DNA from: Candidatus Eiseniibacteriota bacterium
Lineage (GTDB): Bacteria > Eisenbacteria > RBG-16-71-46
Direction of reading: 5' to 3'
Assembly: GCA_963776245.1 (NCBI GenBank)
Contig: CAVZLN010000003.1
Location: 416,001 to 480,000 of the forward strand
DNA: 64,000 bases
Shown in pieces: positions 36,997 through 48,334 of the stretch. A program made the translations under genes and the position numbers. The notes beneath the pieces are model-generated. The model was not told where the DNA came from. It saw only the letters and a list, made by a program, of their open reading frames with translations, and made no database searches. Numbering within the stretch: the stretch's first letter is position 1; each line of letters begins with the position of its first letter.

Positions 36997-38622
36997 CTAC
37001 CCGACCACGATCTCCCCCTGGTCGTCGAGGTCGAACCGCATCGCGAGCGGCTCCCTCGGCAGTCCGGGCATGCGCAGGATCTCGCCGGTGATGGGCACCA
37101 GGTAGCCGGCGCCGGCGGCCAGCTGGATCTCCCGCACCGTGACCAGGAAGTCCTTCGGGCGGCCGAGCAGCGCGGGGTTGTCCGACAGCGATTGCTGGGT
37201 CTTGGCGATGCACACCGGCAGACCGCTGAATCCGAGTCGCTCGAGCTGGCTCTTGTCGCGCCGGGCGCGCGGCGCGTAGTCCACCGCCTCGGCGCCATAC
37301 ATCTCGCGGGCGACGGTGAGGATCTTCTGCTCGAGCGGCTCGTCCCATTCGTAGAGCGGCTTGTAGCGCGCCTCCGTGCGCTGCGCGAGGCCCCACGCCA
37401 CGTCGGCCAGCTCGCGTGCTCCCTCGCCACCCTCCGCGAACCCCCGGGTCACGACCGCCGACAGGCCGAGCACGTCGCAGTGGCGCTTCACCACGTCGAT
37501 CTCGTCCTGGGTGTCGGTGGGGAAGTGGTTGATCGCGACCACGCACCGCTGCTCGAACTTCCGGATGTTCTCGACGTGCTTCTCGAGGTTCGGGAGCCCG
37601 CGCTCCACCGCCGCCGGGTCGGGCGCGCTGACGTTCGCGAGCGGCACGCCACCGTGCATCTTGAGCGCGCGCAGCGTGGCCACCAGCACGGTCAGCGACG
37701 GCGCGAACCCGCCGTAGCGGCAGTTGATGTCGAAGAACTTCTCCGCGCCCAGCTCGAACGCGAACCCCGCCTCGGTCACCACGCAATCGGCGTACGCGAG
37801 CGCCATGCGGGTGGCGTTGATCGAGCTGGTGCCGTGCGCGATGTTCGCGAACGGTCCGCCGTGCACGAGCGCGGGCACACCCTCCACGGTCTGGACCAGG
37901 TTGGGCTTGATGGCGTCCTTGAGCAGGGCGGCCATGGCACCCACCGCCCGCAGATCGACGGCATGCACCGTGGTGCCGTCGGCGCGGAAGCCGACCACGA
38001 TGCGGCCGAGGCGCTCCTTCAGGTCGCGCACGTCCTGGGCGAGGCACAGGATGGCCATCACCTCGCTCGCGGCGGTGATGTCGAATCCGGTCTCGCGTGG
38101 CACACCCTCGCTCTTGCCCCCCAGCCCGATGACGATGTCGCGCAGGGCGCGGTCGTTCATGTCCATCGCGCGGCGCCACAGGATGCGGCGCGAGTCCAGG
38201 CCGAGCGCGTTGCCGTGATAGAGGTGGTTGTCCACCATCGCGGAGAGCAGGTTGTGCGCGCTGGTGACGGCGTGGATGTCGCCGTTGAAATGGAGGTTGA
38301 TGTCGTCCGCCGGCACCACCTGCGACCGCCCGCCGCCGGTGCCTCCGCCCTTCATGCCGAGGTAGGGCCCGAGCGACGGCTCGCGCAGCGCCGCGACGGC
38401 GTTCACCCCGTTCCTCGCCAGCCCCTGCACCAGGCCGACGCTGGTGGTGGTCTTGCCCTCGCCGGCGGGCGTGGGCGTGATCGCCGAGACCAGCACCAGC
38501 TTGCCCCGGGGCGCGTGTCCGTCGAGGGCCTGCAGGGAGATCTTCGCCTTGTGGTGGCCGTAGGATTCCAGATGCGCGGGGTCGAGACCCAGCGCGCGTG
38601 CGACCTCGGAGATGGGTTTCAT
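36997..38622 (-). CDS. fhs: Formate--tetrahydrofolate ligase
   Basis: TPTPAGEGKTT, LREPSLGP, VHGGPFANIAHG, CIAKTQ.S, MPGLP. Confidence 0.97.
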   Translation of the reverse strand: MKPISEVARALGLDPAHLESYGHHKAKISLQALDGHAPRGKLVLVSAITPTPAGEGKTTTSVGLVQGLARNGVNAVAALREPSLGPYLGMKGGGTGGGRSQVVPADDINLHFNGDIHAVTSAHNLLSAMVDNHLYHGNALGLDSRRILWRRAMDMNDRALRDIVIGLGGKSEGVPRETGFDITAASEVMAILCLAQDVRDLKERLGRIVVGFRADGTTVHAVDLRAVGAMAALLKDAIKPNLVQTVEGVPALVHGGPFANIAHGTSSINATRMALAYADCVVTEAGFAFELGAEKFFDINCRYGGFAPSLTVLVATLRALKMHGGVPLANVSAPDPAAVERGLPNLEKHVENIRKFEQRCVVAINHFPTDTQDEIDVVKRHCDVLGLSAVVTRGFAEGGEGARELADVAWGLAQRTEARYKPLYEWDEPLEQKILTVAREMYGAEAVDYAPRARRDKSQLERLGFSGLPVCIAKTQQSLSDNPALLGRPKDFLVTVREIQLAAGAGYLVPITGEILRMPGLPREPLAMRFDLDDQGEIVVG

Positions 38623-38796
38623 AGGCGGCGGAATATACCGGAACGCGGGGCGCGCACGGAGCCGGGGCCCGCGGCACCGCCCCCGGCCGCGGCTGGACCG
38701 CGCCCCGGGGCCCGCGTACACTCCGGTCGGGTTCCCATCTCCGTGGTCCGTCCGTCTCCGTGCATCGCTCGGGAGCCCGCTCCCCGGGATGACCTC

Positions 38797-39264
38797 ATGC
38801 CTGCTGGACTCATGCTCTATCTGCATCTGGTGTTCGCGTTCGTCTTCGTCGGCGCGGTGCTGAGCGCGCACTGGAACGCGCTGGCGGCGCGCCGCACCAG
38901 CGATTGGGCCCGCCGGGCGGCGCTGCTCGAGGCCAACGCGAGCGTCACGACGACCTTCGGTCTCGCGGCGCTGGGGCTGCTCGGCGTGCTCGGCAACGCG
39001 GCGGCGGTCGAGCTCGACTACCGCATGGCGACCGATGCGTGGTTGCGCTGGGTGAACGGCTCGTGGGTGGTGCTCGTGCTGATGGCGGCGGTGTTCGACC
39101 TGAGCGCGGCGCGCGCGCTGGCGCGGATCGCCCGGGCGGGCGCGGCAGGCGAGGCCACCACCGGCTACGACGCCGCGCTCCGCCGCTGGCGGCTCTCGAA
39201 TGGCCTCCTGCTCCTGGGCTTCCTCGCCTTCCTCGGACTGATGGTATTCCGGTGGCGTTCCTGA
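38797..39264 (+). CDS. Four-helix integral membrane protein (DUF2269-like)
   Basis: YLHLVFAFVFVG start, four hydrophobic segments, C-terminal LMVFR. Confidence 0.7.
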   Translation: MPAGLMLYLHLVFAFVFVGAVLSAHWNALAARRTSDWARRAALLEANASVTTTFGLAALGLLGVLGNAAAVELDYRMATDAWLRWVNGSWVVLVLMAAVFDLSAARALARIARAGAAGEATTGYDAALRRWRLSNGLLLLGFLAFLGLMVFRWRS

Positions 39265-40058
39265 CGGCAGCGTTCGCCGCGCCTTCCGGGGGGCCCGAAC
39301 TGCGCGCGCTGGTCGCCGGCTTCGCGCTCATGGTCGTCGGGCTCGCGGCGCTCACCCTGCGCCGCGATCGTCGCGAGCCGCTGCGTTCGCCCCATTCCAC
39401 GCGACGGGCGCTGTGCTACGCCATCGTGTACGGGCTGTGCGCCGCGTGCTTCGCGCGCCTGATCAGCCCGGCGCTGCTCGGCAACGTCCACTCACCGTGG
39501 CTCTACGCGCTCGGCGACGTGGTGTTCGTCACGCTCGCGCTGTTCGTGTGGGTGATGACCCTGGCCGAGGACTTCCGGCTCTCGGAGCTCGGTTTCCACG
39601 GGACCGCCCCGCTGCGCTTCGTGCTCGCCACCCTGCTCGGGCTGGTCGCGGCGGGGGTGTACGCCTTCGGGCCGCTGCGGGACCTCGCCCGTCACGGCGT
39701 CACGACCAATCCCGACGCGCTGGTGTTCGCCGGACTGGCGGCGCTGGTGGGCTCCGCGCTGCCCGAAGAGGTGCTCTTCCGCGGCTATCTCATGGGCTCG
39801 ATGGGCGGACGGGCGCGCCGCTGGGCACGGGTCGCCGTTCCGGCGCTGGTGTTCACGCTGGTGCGCTCGGCGCGCTTCCTGCCCGGGCTCGACCTGACCC
39901 CGGCGGACTGGCTGGTGTACGTGTTCGGGACCGCCCTGCCGCTCGGCCTGTGGTGGGGCGTGATGCGCGATCTGGCCGGCGGCTCCATCTGGCCGGGCCT
40001 GATCTCGCACGCCGCGCTCGAATTCTGCCTCGTGCTGGCGAGCGCGAGCCGCCCCTGA
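39252..40058 (+). CDS. CPBP (CAAX/Abi) family intramembrane protease-like protein
   Basis: PEEVLFRGYL motif 1, GSIWPGLISH motif 3, multiple TM helices. Start approximate. Confidence 0.8.
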   Translation: MAFLTAAFAAPSGGPELRALVAGFALMVVGLAALTLRRDRREPLRSPHSTRRALCYAIVYGLCAACFARLISPALLGNVHSPWLYALGDVVFVTLALFVWVMTLAEDFRLSELGFHGTAPLRFVLATLLGLVAAGVYAFGPLRDLARHGVTTNPDALVFAGLAALVGSALPEEVLFRGYLMGSMGGRARRWARVAVPALVFTLVRSARFLPGLDLTPADWLVYVFGTALPLGLWWGVMRDLAGGSIWPGLISHAALEFCLVLASASRP

Positions 40059-40378
40059 GCGCCGTCCGCGCCGCGGGAGTGACTCGCGGCCATCGCGCGG
40101 CGCCGGTCACACCCCGCCGGGCGCGAAACCGCCCCTGCGCGGGGAGCATCTCATCCTGAGGAGTCCGGTGGGGGGCCAGGCGGGCGCCCTCCCGCCATCC
40201 CCTTCGGGCGTTCTACACGCCATGGCGGAATCCCATCGCATGTTGCACTCGCGGGTCCGGAATCCGGCGGGTCACGACCGTGATTAGAGATGGCCCGGGG
40301 AGGGCATCTTTTCGTACAATCGTTCCCGGCGTCCCCCATCGTGCACCCATGCTGCCTCTCGAAGGCGGAGGAAAACCC

Positions 40379-43021
40379 ATGCTTCTCGCTCGACCCCGCC
40401 GCGCCTCCTGGCTGAGCGCGACTCTGGTGACGACCGGCCTCGCTCTCGCGCTCGCCTACGTGCTTCCCGCGCCGGGTTCGGCCCAGACCCAGAGCCTGTC
40501 GCCCGAGCTCGCGGCGCAGGCGCGTGCCATCAAGGCCACGCAGCGTCGCATGCTGATGGCCGGACCGCTGCGCCACCTCCAGTCGAACCGCGCCTTCGCG
40601 AAGGAAGTGCGTCGGGCGTTGAAGAAGCACCAGCCCATCCCCGAGCGCGGCGCCCGGCTGAAGCGGCCGCCCACCGACGTTGAGACCCCGACGGCGATCA
40701 CCCCGTTGCCGCGCTATTCCATCGAGCAGGCGCTCACCGTTCCCACCAACGTGATCTGCAACAATACCGCCGGGGACGGCGCGGGCTCGGGCCAGTGCGA
40801 GGAGTCGATCGCCTCGTGGGGCCCCTACGTGCTGACGGCCTGGAACGACGGCCAGGGCTTCATCTCCGGGCCGGACACCCAGGGATACGGCTACTCGCTG
40901 AACGGCGGGGTGTCCTTCATCGACGGCGGCATGGTGCCCAAGACCGTCCCGACCGGCACCTGGACCAGCGACCCGGTCGTGACCGTGAACGAGAAGACCG
41001 GGGAGTTCTGGTACTGCGGCCTGTACGACGCCGATGCCTCGAACAGCGGTCTCGCCGTGGTGAAGGCCACCTTCACCCCGGGGGGCATCACCTGGGGCAC
41101 CGTGCGCATCCCGGACATGAAGAACAACTCCCAGTTCTTCATCGACAAGCAGTGGTGCGTGGTGGACTCCTCGACCGGCAACCTGTACGTGACGTACACC
41201 AAGTTCACGGCGTTGGACGACAGCATCATGTTTTCGCGCTCGACCGACGGCGGCGTCAGTTGGAGCCCGCCCATGGCGGTCAGCAATCCGGCGACCGCCG
41301 GCCTCCAGCAGGGCTCGCGCCCGGTGGTGGGACCGAACGGCGAGGTGTACGTGGTGTGGAGCGAGATCGGTCCGATCGACGCGGACTTCTTCATGATGCG
41401 CAAGTCCACCAATTTCGGCGTCTCGTTCGGTTCCGAGGTGACGGCGAACGCGCACTACGCCAACTTCGGCACCGGCGCCCCCGGGTTCAATCGCGAGCGT
41501 TCGGTCGACTTCCCTTCGGTCGCGGTGGATCGCACCAACGGCCCGCATCGCGGCCGCGTCTACATGACATGGCACGAGTCGATCAACTGGTACAACGACG
41601 TGCTCGGCGGCGGCGGTAGCAAGACCGAGGTCGAGTCCAACAGCTCCACCATCACGGCCACGCCGTTCACGCCCGGCCAGCGCGTGCGCGGCGCGTTCTC
41701 GAGCACCGCCGACGTGGACTGGTTCTCGTTCGCGGGGACCCAGGGGACCACGTACATCTTCGCGGTGGACTCGGTGCCGCGGCCGCTCTACGCCGTGCGC
41801 ATCTACTGCACCGACGGCGTTACCCGGCTCTCCTACGCCGGCGAGTACTACTCCCAGGGCGGAGCCTCCTACATCACGTTCACCGCCCCGGCGACCGCCA
41901 CCTACTACCTGCGCATGAACTTTGTCTCCAACCCCCCGTACACATCGCTCATCGGCGGCTACCGCATCATGACCGGCGTCAACACGCCCGGCCCCGAGGT
42001 CGGCCGCGACCAGCGGGACGTCGCCGTGTCCTACTCGGACAACGGCACGACCTGGTCCACGCCGACGCGCGTCAACGACGAGTCCGCCTGGTACGACGAC
42101 TGGCTCCCGGAGGTCGGGGTGGGCGCCGACGGCATGCCCTACGTGATCTGGTTCGACTGGCGCAGCACCACCTGTGGCGGATCGTCCCACATCTACGCCT
42201 CGCGCTCCTCGGATGGCGGCGCGACCTGGGCGGCCTCGCAGCAGGTCAGCTCCGTCGTGACCCCGTGGACCACGGTGGCCACCAACATCGCGCCGAACGA
42301 AGGGGACTACAACACCATCTACGGCGACGACCGCTACGTGCGACCCGCGTGGGCGGACGGCCGGGGCGGCACCCCCGACGTGTACACCACGGCCATCGAC
42401 ACGTGGTTCACGATGAGCGGTTGCCCGGCGGACACCAGTCTCCACACCCTCGACGTGCTCGCCCTGACGGCCAGCGTGAGCAACGGCAATCCGCTGTTCG
42501 CGAACGACTACACCGCCCGGATCACCACCGCCCGCAACTGGCCGGCGGCGTCGCCGTCGCCGCTGACGGTCGGCGCCCTGTCGGGCAACACCACCGGCGT
42601 GTCGGTCGCGGTGCCGGACACCGCGGCGCCGGGAGTCATGCCCGCGTGCCTCGAGGTGAGGAACTCGACCGGCACCCTGGTGCGCTCGTGCTGCTTCAAC
42701 ATCACGGTGCTGGCCAACGCGGGTGTCGGCTCGCAGAGCTTCGCGTTCCGCCTCGGCCAGAACGTGCCGAACCCGGTGCGCGGCGCCGGGACGCGCATCG
42801 ACTACACCCTGCCGCGCGCGGGCACGGTGCGGCTGGAGATCTTCGGCCTCAGCGGCGAGCGCGTGCGGACCCTGGTCGACGGGGCGCGTGCCGCCGGCCC
42901 GAACTCCGCGGTGTGGGATGGCCGGGACGGCCGCGGCCGCGTGGTGTCGGCCGGCACGTACTTCTATCGCATCTCGGGCCTCGGCCAGACCGCCGTGAAG
43001 CGCCTGGTGGTGCTCCCGTAG
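40379..43021 (+). CDS. Secreted BNR/Asp-box beta-propeller protein with an inserted PPC-like domain and a C-terminal FlgD-Ig-like domain
   Basis: Signal peptide; repeated S.DGG.SW boxes (SLNGGVSF, STDGGVSW, STNFGVSF, SDNGTTW, SSDGGATW); EVESN...DVDWFSF; GQNVPNP...WDGRDGRG...GTYFYRI. RBS GGAGG. Confidence 0.8.
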   Translation: MLLARPRRASWLSATLVTTGLALALAYVLPAPGSAQTQSLSPELAAQARAIKATQRRMLMAGPLRHLQSNRAFAKEVRRALKKHQPIPERGARLKRPPTDVETPTAITPLPRYSIEQALTVPTNVICNNTAGDGAGSGQCEESIASWGPYVLTAWNDGQGFISGPDTQGYGYSLNGGVSFIDGGMVPKTVPTGTWTSDPVVTVNEKTGEFWYCGLYDADASNSGLAVVKATFTPGGITWGTVRIPDMKNNSQFFIDKQWCVVDSSTGNLYVTYTKFTALDDSIMFSRSTDGGVSWSPPMAVSNPATAGLQQGSRPVVGPNGEVYVVWSEIGPIDADFFMMRKSTNFGVSFGSEVTANAHYANFGTGAPGFNRERSVDFPSVAVDRTNGPHRGRVYMTWHESINWYNDVLGGGGSKTEVESNSSTITATPFTPGQRVRGAFSSTADVDWFSFAGTQGTTYIFAVDSVPRPLYAVRIYCTDGVTRLSYAGEYYSQGGASYITFTAPATATYYLRMNFVSNPPYTSLIGGYRIMTGVNTPGPEVGRDQRDVAVSYSDNGTTWSTPTRVNDESAWYDDWLPEVGVGADGMPYVIWFDWRSTTCGGSSHIYASRSSDGGATWAASQQVSSVVTPWTTVATNIAPNEGDYNTIYGDDRYVRPAWADGRGGTPDVYTTAIDTWFTMSGCPADTSLHTLDVLALTASVSNGNPLFANDYTARITTARNWPAASPSPLTVGALSGNTTGVSVAVPDTAAPGVMPACLEVRNSTGTLVRSCCFNITVLANAGVGSQSFAFRLGQNVPNPVRGAGTRIDYTLPRAGTVRLEIFGLSGERVRTLVDGARAAGPNSAVWDGRDGRGRVVSAGTYFYRISGLGQTAVKRLVVLP

Positions 43022-43060
43022 CCGGAAGCCTCCGGCGCAGAGCCGGACGCTGAGGGATCC

Positions 43061-43090
43061 GCCGGGCCGGTGCGCGAGCACCGGCCCGGT
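43061..43090 (+). terminator. GC-rich hairpin, probable terminator
   Basis: CCGGGCCGGTGC-GCGA-GCACCGGCCCGG, 40 bp after the stop; weak U-tract. Confidence 0.5.
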
Positions 43091-43225
43091 GCGTTGGGGG
43101 CGAAGAGCGCGCCGCTCCTGCCGCGGCCCGCGGCCGGCCGCCCTCCTCCGAGGCACCGTCGCCCGCGGACCCGTCACGGCGCGCGAGGCCGCGCCGGCGC
43201 CGGTCGACGCTCCTCGAGATTCTCC

Positions 43226-43280
43226 TTGACCCCGCACGCGCGTCTGCCGCAATATTCATCTTTCTGAATAGTTATTCGCC
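43226..43280 (+). promoter_or_regulatory. arg operon promoter with tandem ARG boxes
   Basis: TTGACC (43226) and CAATAT/AATATT. Box cores TGCCGCAATATTCA (43245-43258) and TGAATAGTTATTCG (43265-43278), 20 bp apart. Confidence 0.75.
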
Positions 43281-43301
43281 ACCCTCGGAGGCCCCACCGC
43301 C

Positions 43302-43778
43302 ATGCCGCGTCCGCGCCGCCTCGCCCTGATCGCCCGCCTCCTCGGCGCCAGGCGCTTCTCCAGTCAGGACGAACTGGTGCGCGCCCTCGCGCGCGAAGGG
43401 GTCGAGGTCGCCCAGGCCACGCTGTCGCGCGACCTGCGCAGCCTCGGGGTGGGGAAGCGGCCGGGCGCCGACGGCCGGACCGCGTACGCGCTGCCCGGGC
43501 CGGCCACCGAGTCTCTCGACCGCGAACGCCAGTTGCTCGACCTCAAGGCGTTCGTCAACGAGGTGAAGCTCGCCCACAACCTCGTGGTCGTGCGCACCCC
43601 GCCCGGACACGCGAACGGCGTGGCGCGCGCCATCGACCTCGCCGAGTTCCCGGGCCTCGTCGGCTCGGTGGCCGGCGACGACACCGTGCTCTGCGTGCTG
43701 AGCGATCCGGCCGGGGCCCGCGGCCTCAAGCGCCGGCTCGACCAGATCGCCGGCCGCCCCACCGCCGCGGGAAAATGA
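43302..43778 (+). CDS. argR: Arginine repressor
   Basis: SQDELV..L..EG.EVAQATLSRDL, VVRTPPG.A, GSVAGDDT. Confidence 0.95.
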   Translation: MPRPRRLALIARLLGARRFSSQDELVRALAREGVEVAQATLSRDLRSLGVGKRPGADGRTAYALPGPATESLDRERQLLDLKAFVNEVKLAHNLVVVRTPPGHANGVARAIDLAEFPGLVGSVAGDDTVLCVLSDPAGARGLKRRLDQIAGRPTAAGK

Positions 43779-44884
43779 CCATGAGCGACTTCGATCCCGG
43801 GGCCCCCGTCCTCGCCCCGCCGGCCGCGACCGCATCGACGACTCCCGACGACGATCCGCGCACCGCGCGCCAGCAGGCGCGCATCGCGGTGCTCGGGGCG
43901 AGCGGCTACAGCGGACAGGAGTTCGCGCGCCTGGCGCTCGGCCATCCCGGGCTCGAGCTCGCGGTGCTGTGTTCGCGCGAGCATGCGGGCCGCCCGGCCG
44001 CCACGCTGCTGCCCGGGCTCGACCCGCGCGCCGCCGCGATGCCGCCGGTGGTGGATCCCTCCGAGCTCGAGGACCTGCTCGCGGCGTGCGTGTTCGATGC
44101 CCTGGTCGTGTGCCTGCCGCACGGCGCGTGGAAGACGTTCGCCGCCGGGCATCCGGCGCTGGCGGACGGCGCGCTGCGCATCGTGGACCTCTCGAGCGAT
44201 CACCGCGAGGGCGACGAGGGCTACGTGTACGGCCAGCCCGAGGCCTTCCGCGCCGGCATCGCCGGGGCCCGCCGCATCGCCAATCCCGGCTGCTACCCGA
44301 CCGCCGCCACGCTCGCTCTGCTGCCGGCGCTCGAAGGGGGCTGGGTCGCCGGACCGGTGATGGTGAGCGCCCTCTCGGGGGTCAGCGGCGCCGGGCGCGT
44401 GCCGTCCCTGCGCACCTCGTTCGTCGAGCTCGATGGCGGCGCGACGCTCTACGGAGCCGGCGAGACCCACGCGCACGTGCCAGAGATGGAGCGCAATCTC
44501 GCCCGGCTCGCCGGTCGCGCGATCCCGGTGGCCTTCGCCCCGCAACTCGCGCCGATGGCGCGTGGCATCCTGCTCACCGCCACCGCGCCGCTGGCGCAGC
44601 GGGTCACTCCCGAGGAGGCGCGCGCCGCGTATGCCGCCCGCTACCAGCACGAGACCTTCGTGCAGGTGTTGCCGGCGGGCGCGTGGCCGGAGACGCGGGC
44701 CGTGAAGGCCTCCAACCGCTGCGACGTGGGCGTGACCACGGTGCACGGCGACCGGACCCTGCTCGTCACCGCGGCGCTCGACAACCTCGTGAAGGGCGCC
44801 GCGGGTCAGGCGGTGCAGAACCTCAACCTCATGCTCGGCTGGCCGGAGGCCTGGGGCCTGCCCGTCCACGGAAGCCCGTGGTGA
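43775..44884 (+). CDS. argC: N-acetyl-gamma-glutamyl-phosphate reductase
   Basis: GASGYSG, IANPGCYPT, SGVSGAG, DNLVKGAAGQAVQNLN. Confidence 0.95.
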   Translation: MTMSDFDPGAPVLAPPAATASTTPDDDPRTARQQARIAVLGASGYSGQEFARLALGHPGLELAVLCSREHAGRPAATLLPGLDPRAAAMPPVVDPSELEDLLAACVFDALVVCLPHGAWKTFAAGHPALADGALRIVDLSSDHREGDEGYVYGQPEAFRAGIAGARRIANPGCYPTAATLALLPALEGGWVAGPVMVSALSGVSGAGRVPSLRTSFVELDGGATLYGAGETHAHVPEMERNLARLAGRAIPVAFAPQLAPMARGILLTATAPLAQRVTPEEARAAYAARYQHETFVQVLPAGAWPETRAVKASNRCDVGVTTVHGDRTLLVTAALDNLVKGAAGQAVQNLNLMLGWPEAWGLPVHGSPW

Positions 44885-45771
44885 GCGGCGCCGAGCTTCG
44901 GTCGGCCGCCGCTCTCGCGGAAGGGCGGAGGGGTCGCCGCGGGATCGCGGACGCGCCGGCCGCGCGGAGAGGGGCCCCGGCCGCCGGCGCGACGCGCGCG
45001 CCCGTGGTCGTGAAGCTCGGCGGCCGCGCGCTCGAGGCGCCGGAAGCGCTCGGGCAGCTGGCCGCCGACCTGGCTCGCCTGCCCGCGGCGCGCGTGCTCG
45101 TCCACGGCGGCGGCGGCGAGGTGAACGCCTGGCTGGAGCGTGTCGGCAGTGCCCCGCGCTTCGCCGACGGACTGCGGGTGACCGACCCGGACACCCTCGA
45201 GATCGCCGTGGCGGTGCTCGCCGGGCTCGCGAACAAGCGCCTGGTCGCGCGCCTGCGGGCGGCCGGCATCGACGCGATCGGGCTCGCGGCGCTCGACGCG
45301 GGCGTGCTCGAGTGCGCGCCCCACTCCGATTCCGCGCGCCTCGGCGCGGTGGGGATAGCGGTGGGCGCGCGGCCGGACGTGCTGCGGGCGCTGTTCGGTC
45401 TTGGCCTGCTGCCGGTCCTGGCGAGCGTCGGGCACCACGGCGGCGCGCTGCTCAATCTCAACGCCGACGACACCGCGTTCGCGGTGGCCGGTGCGCTCCA
45501 TGCGAGCGACCTGGTGCTCCTGAGCGATGTCCCCGGGCTGGTGCTGGGCGGCGAGGTCCAGCGCACCCTCACGCTCGCGGCGCTGGACTCGGCCCTCGCG
45601 GGCGCCGAGGTCTCCGGCGGCATGCGGCCCAAGCTCCGCGCCGCGCGAGCCGCCCTCCACGCGGGCGTCGCGCGCGTGCACATCGCCGCGTGGGACGGCG
45701 CCGGCACGCTCGCGCGACTGCTCGGCGGCAGCGGCACCGGCACCACCTTCGCCGCCGAGGAACCGGCGTGA
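44881..45771 (+). CDS. argB: Acetylglutamate kinase
   Basis: VVKLGG, VHGGG, GLRVTD, LNLNAD, SGGMRPKL. Start approximate. Confidence 0.93.
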   Translation: MSGAELRSAAALAEGRRGRRGIADAPAARRGAPAAGATRAPVVVKLGGRALEAPEALGQLAADLARLPAARVLVHGGGGEVNAWLERVGSAPRFADGLRVTDPDTLEIAVAVLAGLANKRLVARLRAAGIDAIGLAALDAGVLECAPHSDSARLGAVGIAVGARPDVLRALFGLGLLPVLASVGHHGGALLNLNADDTAFAVAGALHASDLVLLSDVPGLVLGGEVQRTLTLAALDSALAGAEVSGGMRPKLRAARAALHAGVARVHIAAWDGAGTLARLLGGSGTGTTFAAEEPA

Positions 45772-47032
45772 CCACCTCGATCGGCGCCCCGGCGCCCATG
45801 GCGCCACCCCTCGACCCCGCGCTCGCCCACCAGGAGCTCGGCCTGCTCGCTCCCACCTATCCGTTGCCGCGCCTCCTCCTCACCCACGGCCGGGGCACGC
45901 GGGTCTGGGACGCGAGCGGGCGCGAGTACCTCGACTTCGCGAGCGGCATCGCGGTGAACGCAATGGGCCACGCGCCGGTCGGCCTCCAGCGGGCGGTGTC
46001 ACGCCAATTGCGCGCGCTGGTGCACGTCTCGAACCTGTTCGCCAACCCGCCGGCGCTCGCGTTCGCGCAGCGATTGACCCAGGCGACCGGGTACTCGCAC
46101 GTCTTCTTCTGCAACTCGGGCACCGAGGCCAACGAGGCGGCGCTCAAGTTCGCACGCCTGTTCGCGCGGGCGCGCGGACGCGCGGGGCGCGACCTGCTCG
46201 CGTTCCGGGGCGGCTTCCACGGGCGCACCGCGCTCGCGCTCTCCGCCACGCACCATCCGCCCTACCGCGAGCCGTTCGCGCCCCTGGTGCCGGGCATCCG
46301 GTTCGCCGAGTTCAACCAGCCGGGGGCGCTCGACGCCGTGCTCGACGAGGCCGTGTGCGGGGTCATCGTCGAGCCGGTGCAGGGCGAGGCCGGCGCGATC
46401 CCGGCGACCCGCGAGTTCCTGCACGCCCTGCGCGCGCGCACCACGGCCCTCGGCGCGCTGCTGATCTTCGACGAGGTGCAGTGCGGCATGGGGCGCTGCG
46501 GGCATCTGCTCGCCTCCGAGCACTTCGGCGTGCGCGCGGACATCACGGTGCTCAGCAAGGCGCTCGGCGGCGGGCTGCCGCTCGGCGCGGTGCTCCTGTC
46601 CGCCGAGGTGGCGCACGCGCTCCAGCCCGGGCTGCATGGCTGCACCTTCGGCGGGGGCCCGGTGGTCACGACCGCGGGTGACTGGACGCTCGCCCGGATC
46701 GCGCGCCCCGGCTTCCTCGCGCGGGTGCGCAAGCGCGGGCGCGAGCTGGGCGCGGCGCTCGACGCCGTGGTGTCGCGCCACGCGTCGCTCCGCGCGGCGC
46801 ACGGCCTCGGCCTGCTGCGCGCGCTCGAGGTGGCGGCGGACGCCCCCTACGGGCCCGCCGAGCTGGTCGCGCGGGCGCGCCAGGGCGGACTCCTCACCGT
46901 GCGCGGCGGCGAGCGCGCGGTGCGCCTGCTCCCGCCGCTCACCGTGAGCGCAGCCGAGATCGTGGACGCGGTACAGCGCCTCGAGGCGGCCGTGACGGCG
47001 CTCGAGCCCATGCCCCCACCCGGGAGGTCGAC

Positions 47033-47036
<4 letters not shown>
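45768..47036 (+). CDS. argD: Acetylornithine aminotransferase
   Basis: DFASGIAVN, CNSGTEANE, FHGRT, EPVQGE, FDEVQCGMGR, SKALGGG. Confidence 0.93.

Positions 47037-48323
<1,287 letters not shown>

Positions 48324-48334
<11 letters not shown>

Noticed and set aside
40151..43252. Long antisense or alternate-frame ORFs (e.g. 40151..43252, 786..3158, 58714..61362, 50254..52779)
   Set aside because: These are shadow ORFs of real genes caused by high GC and few stop codons; no recognisable motifs.
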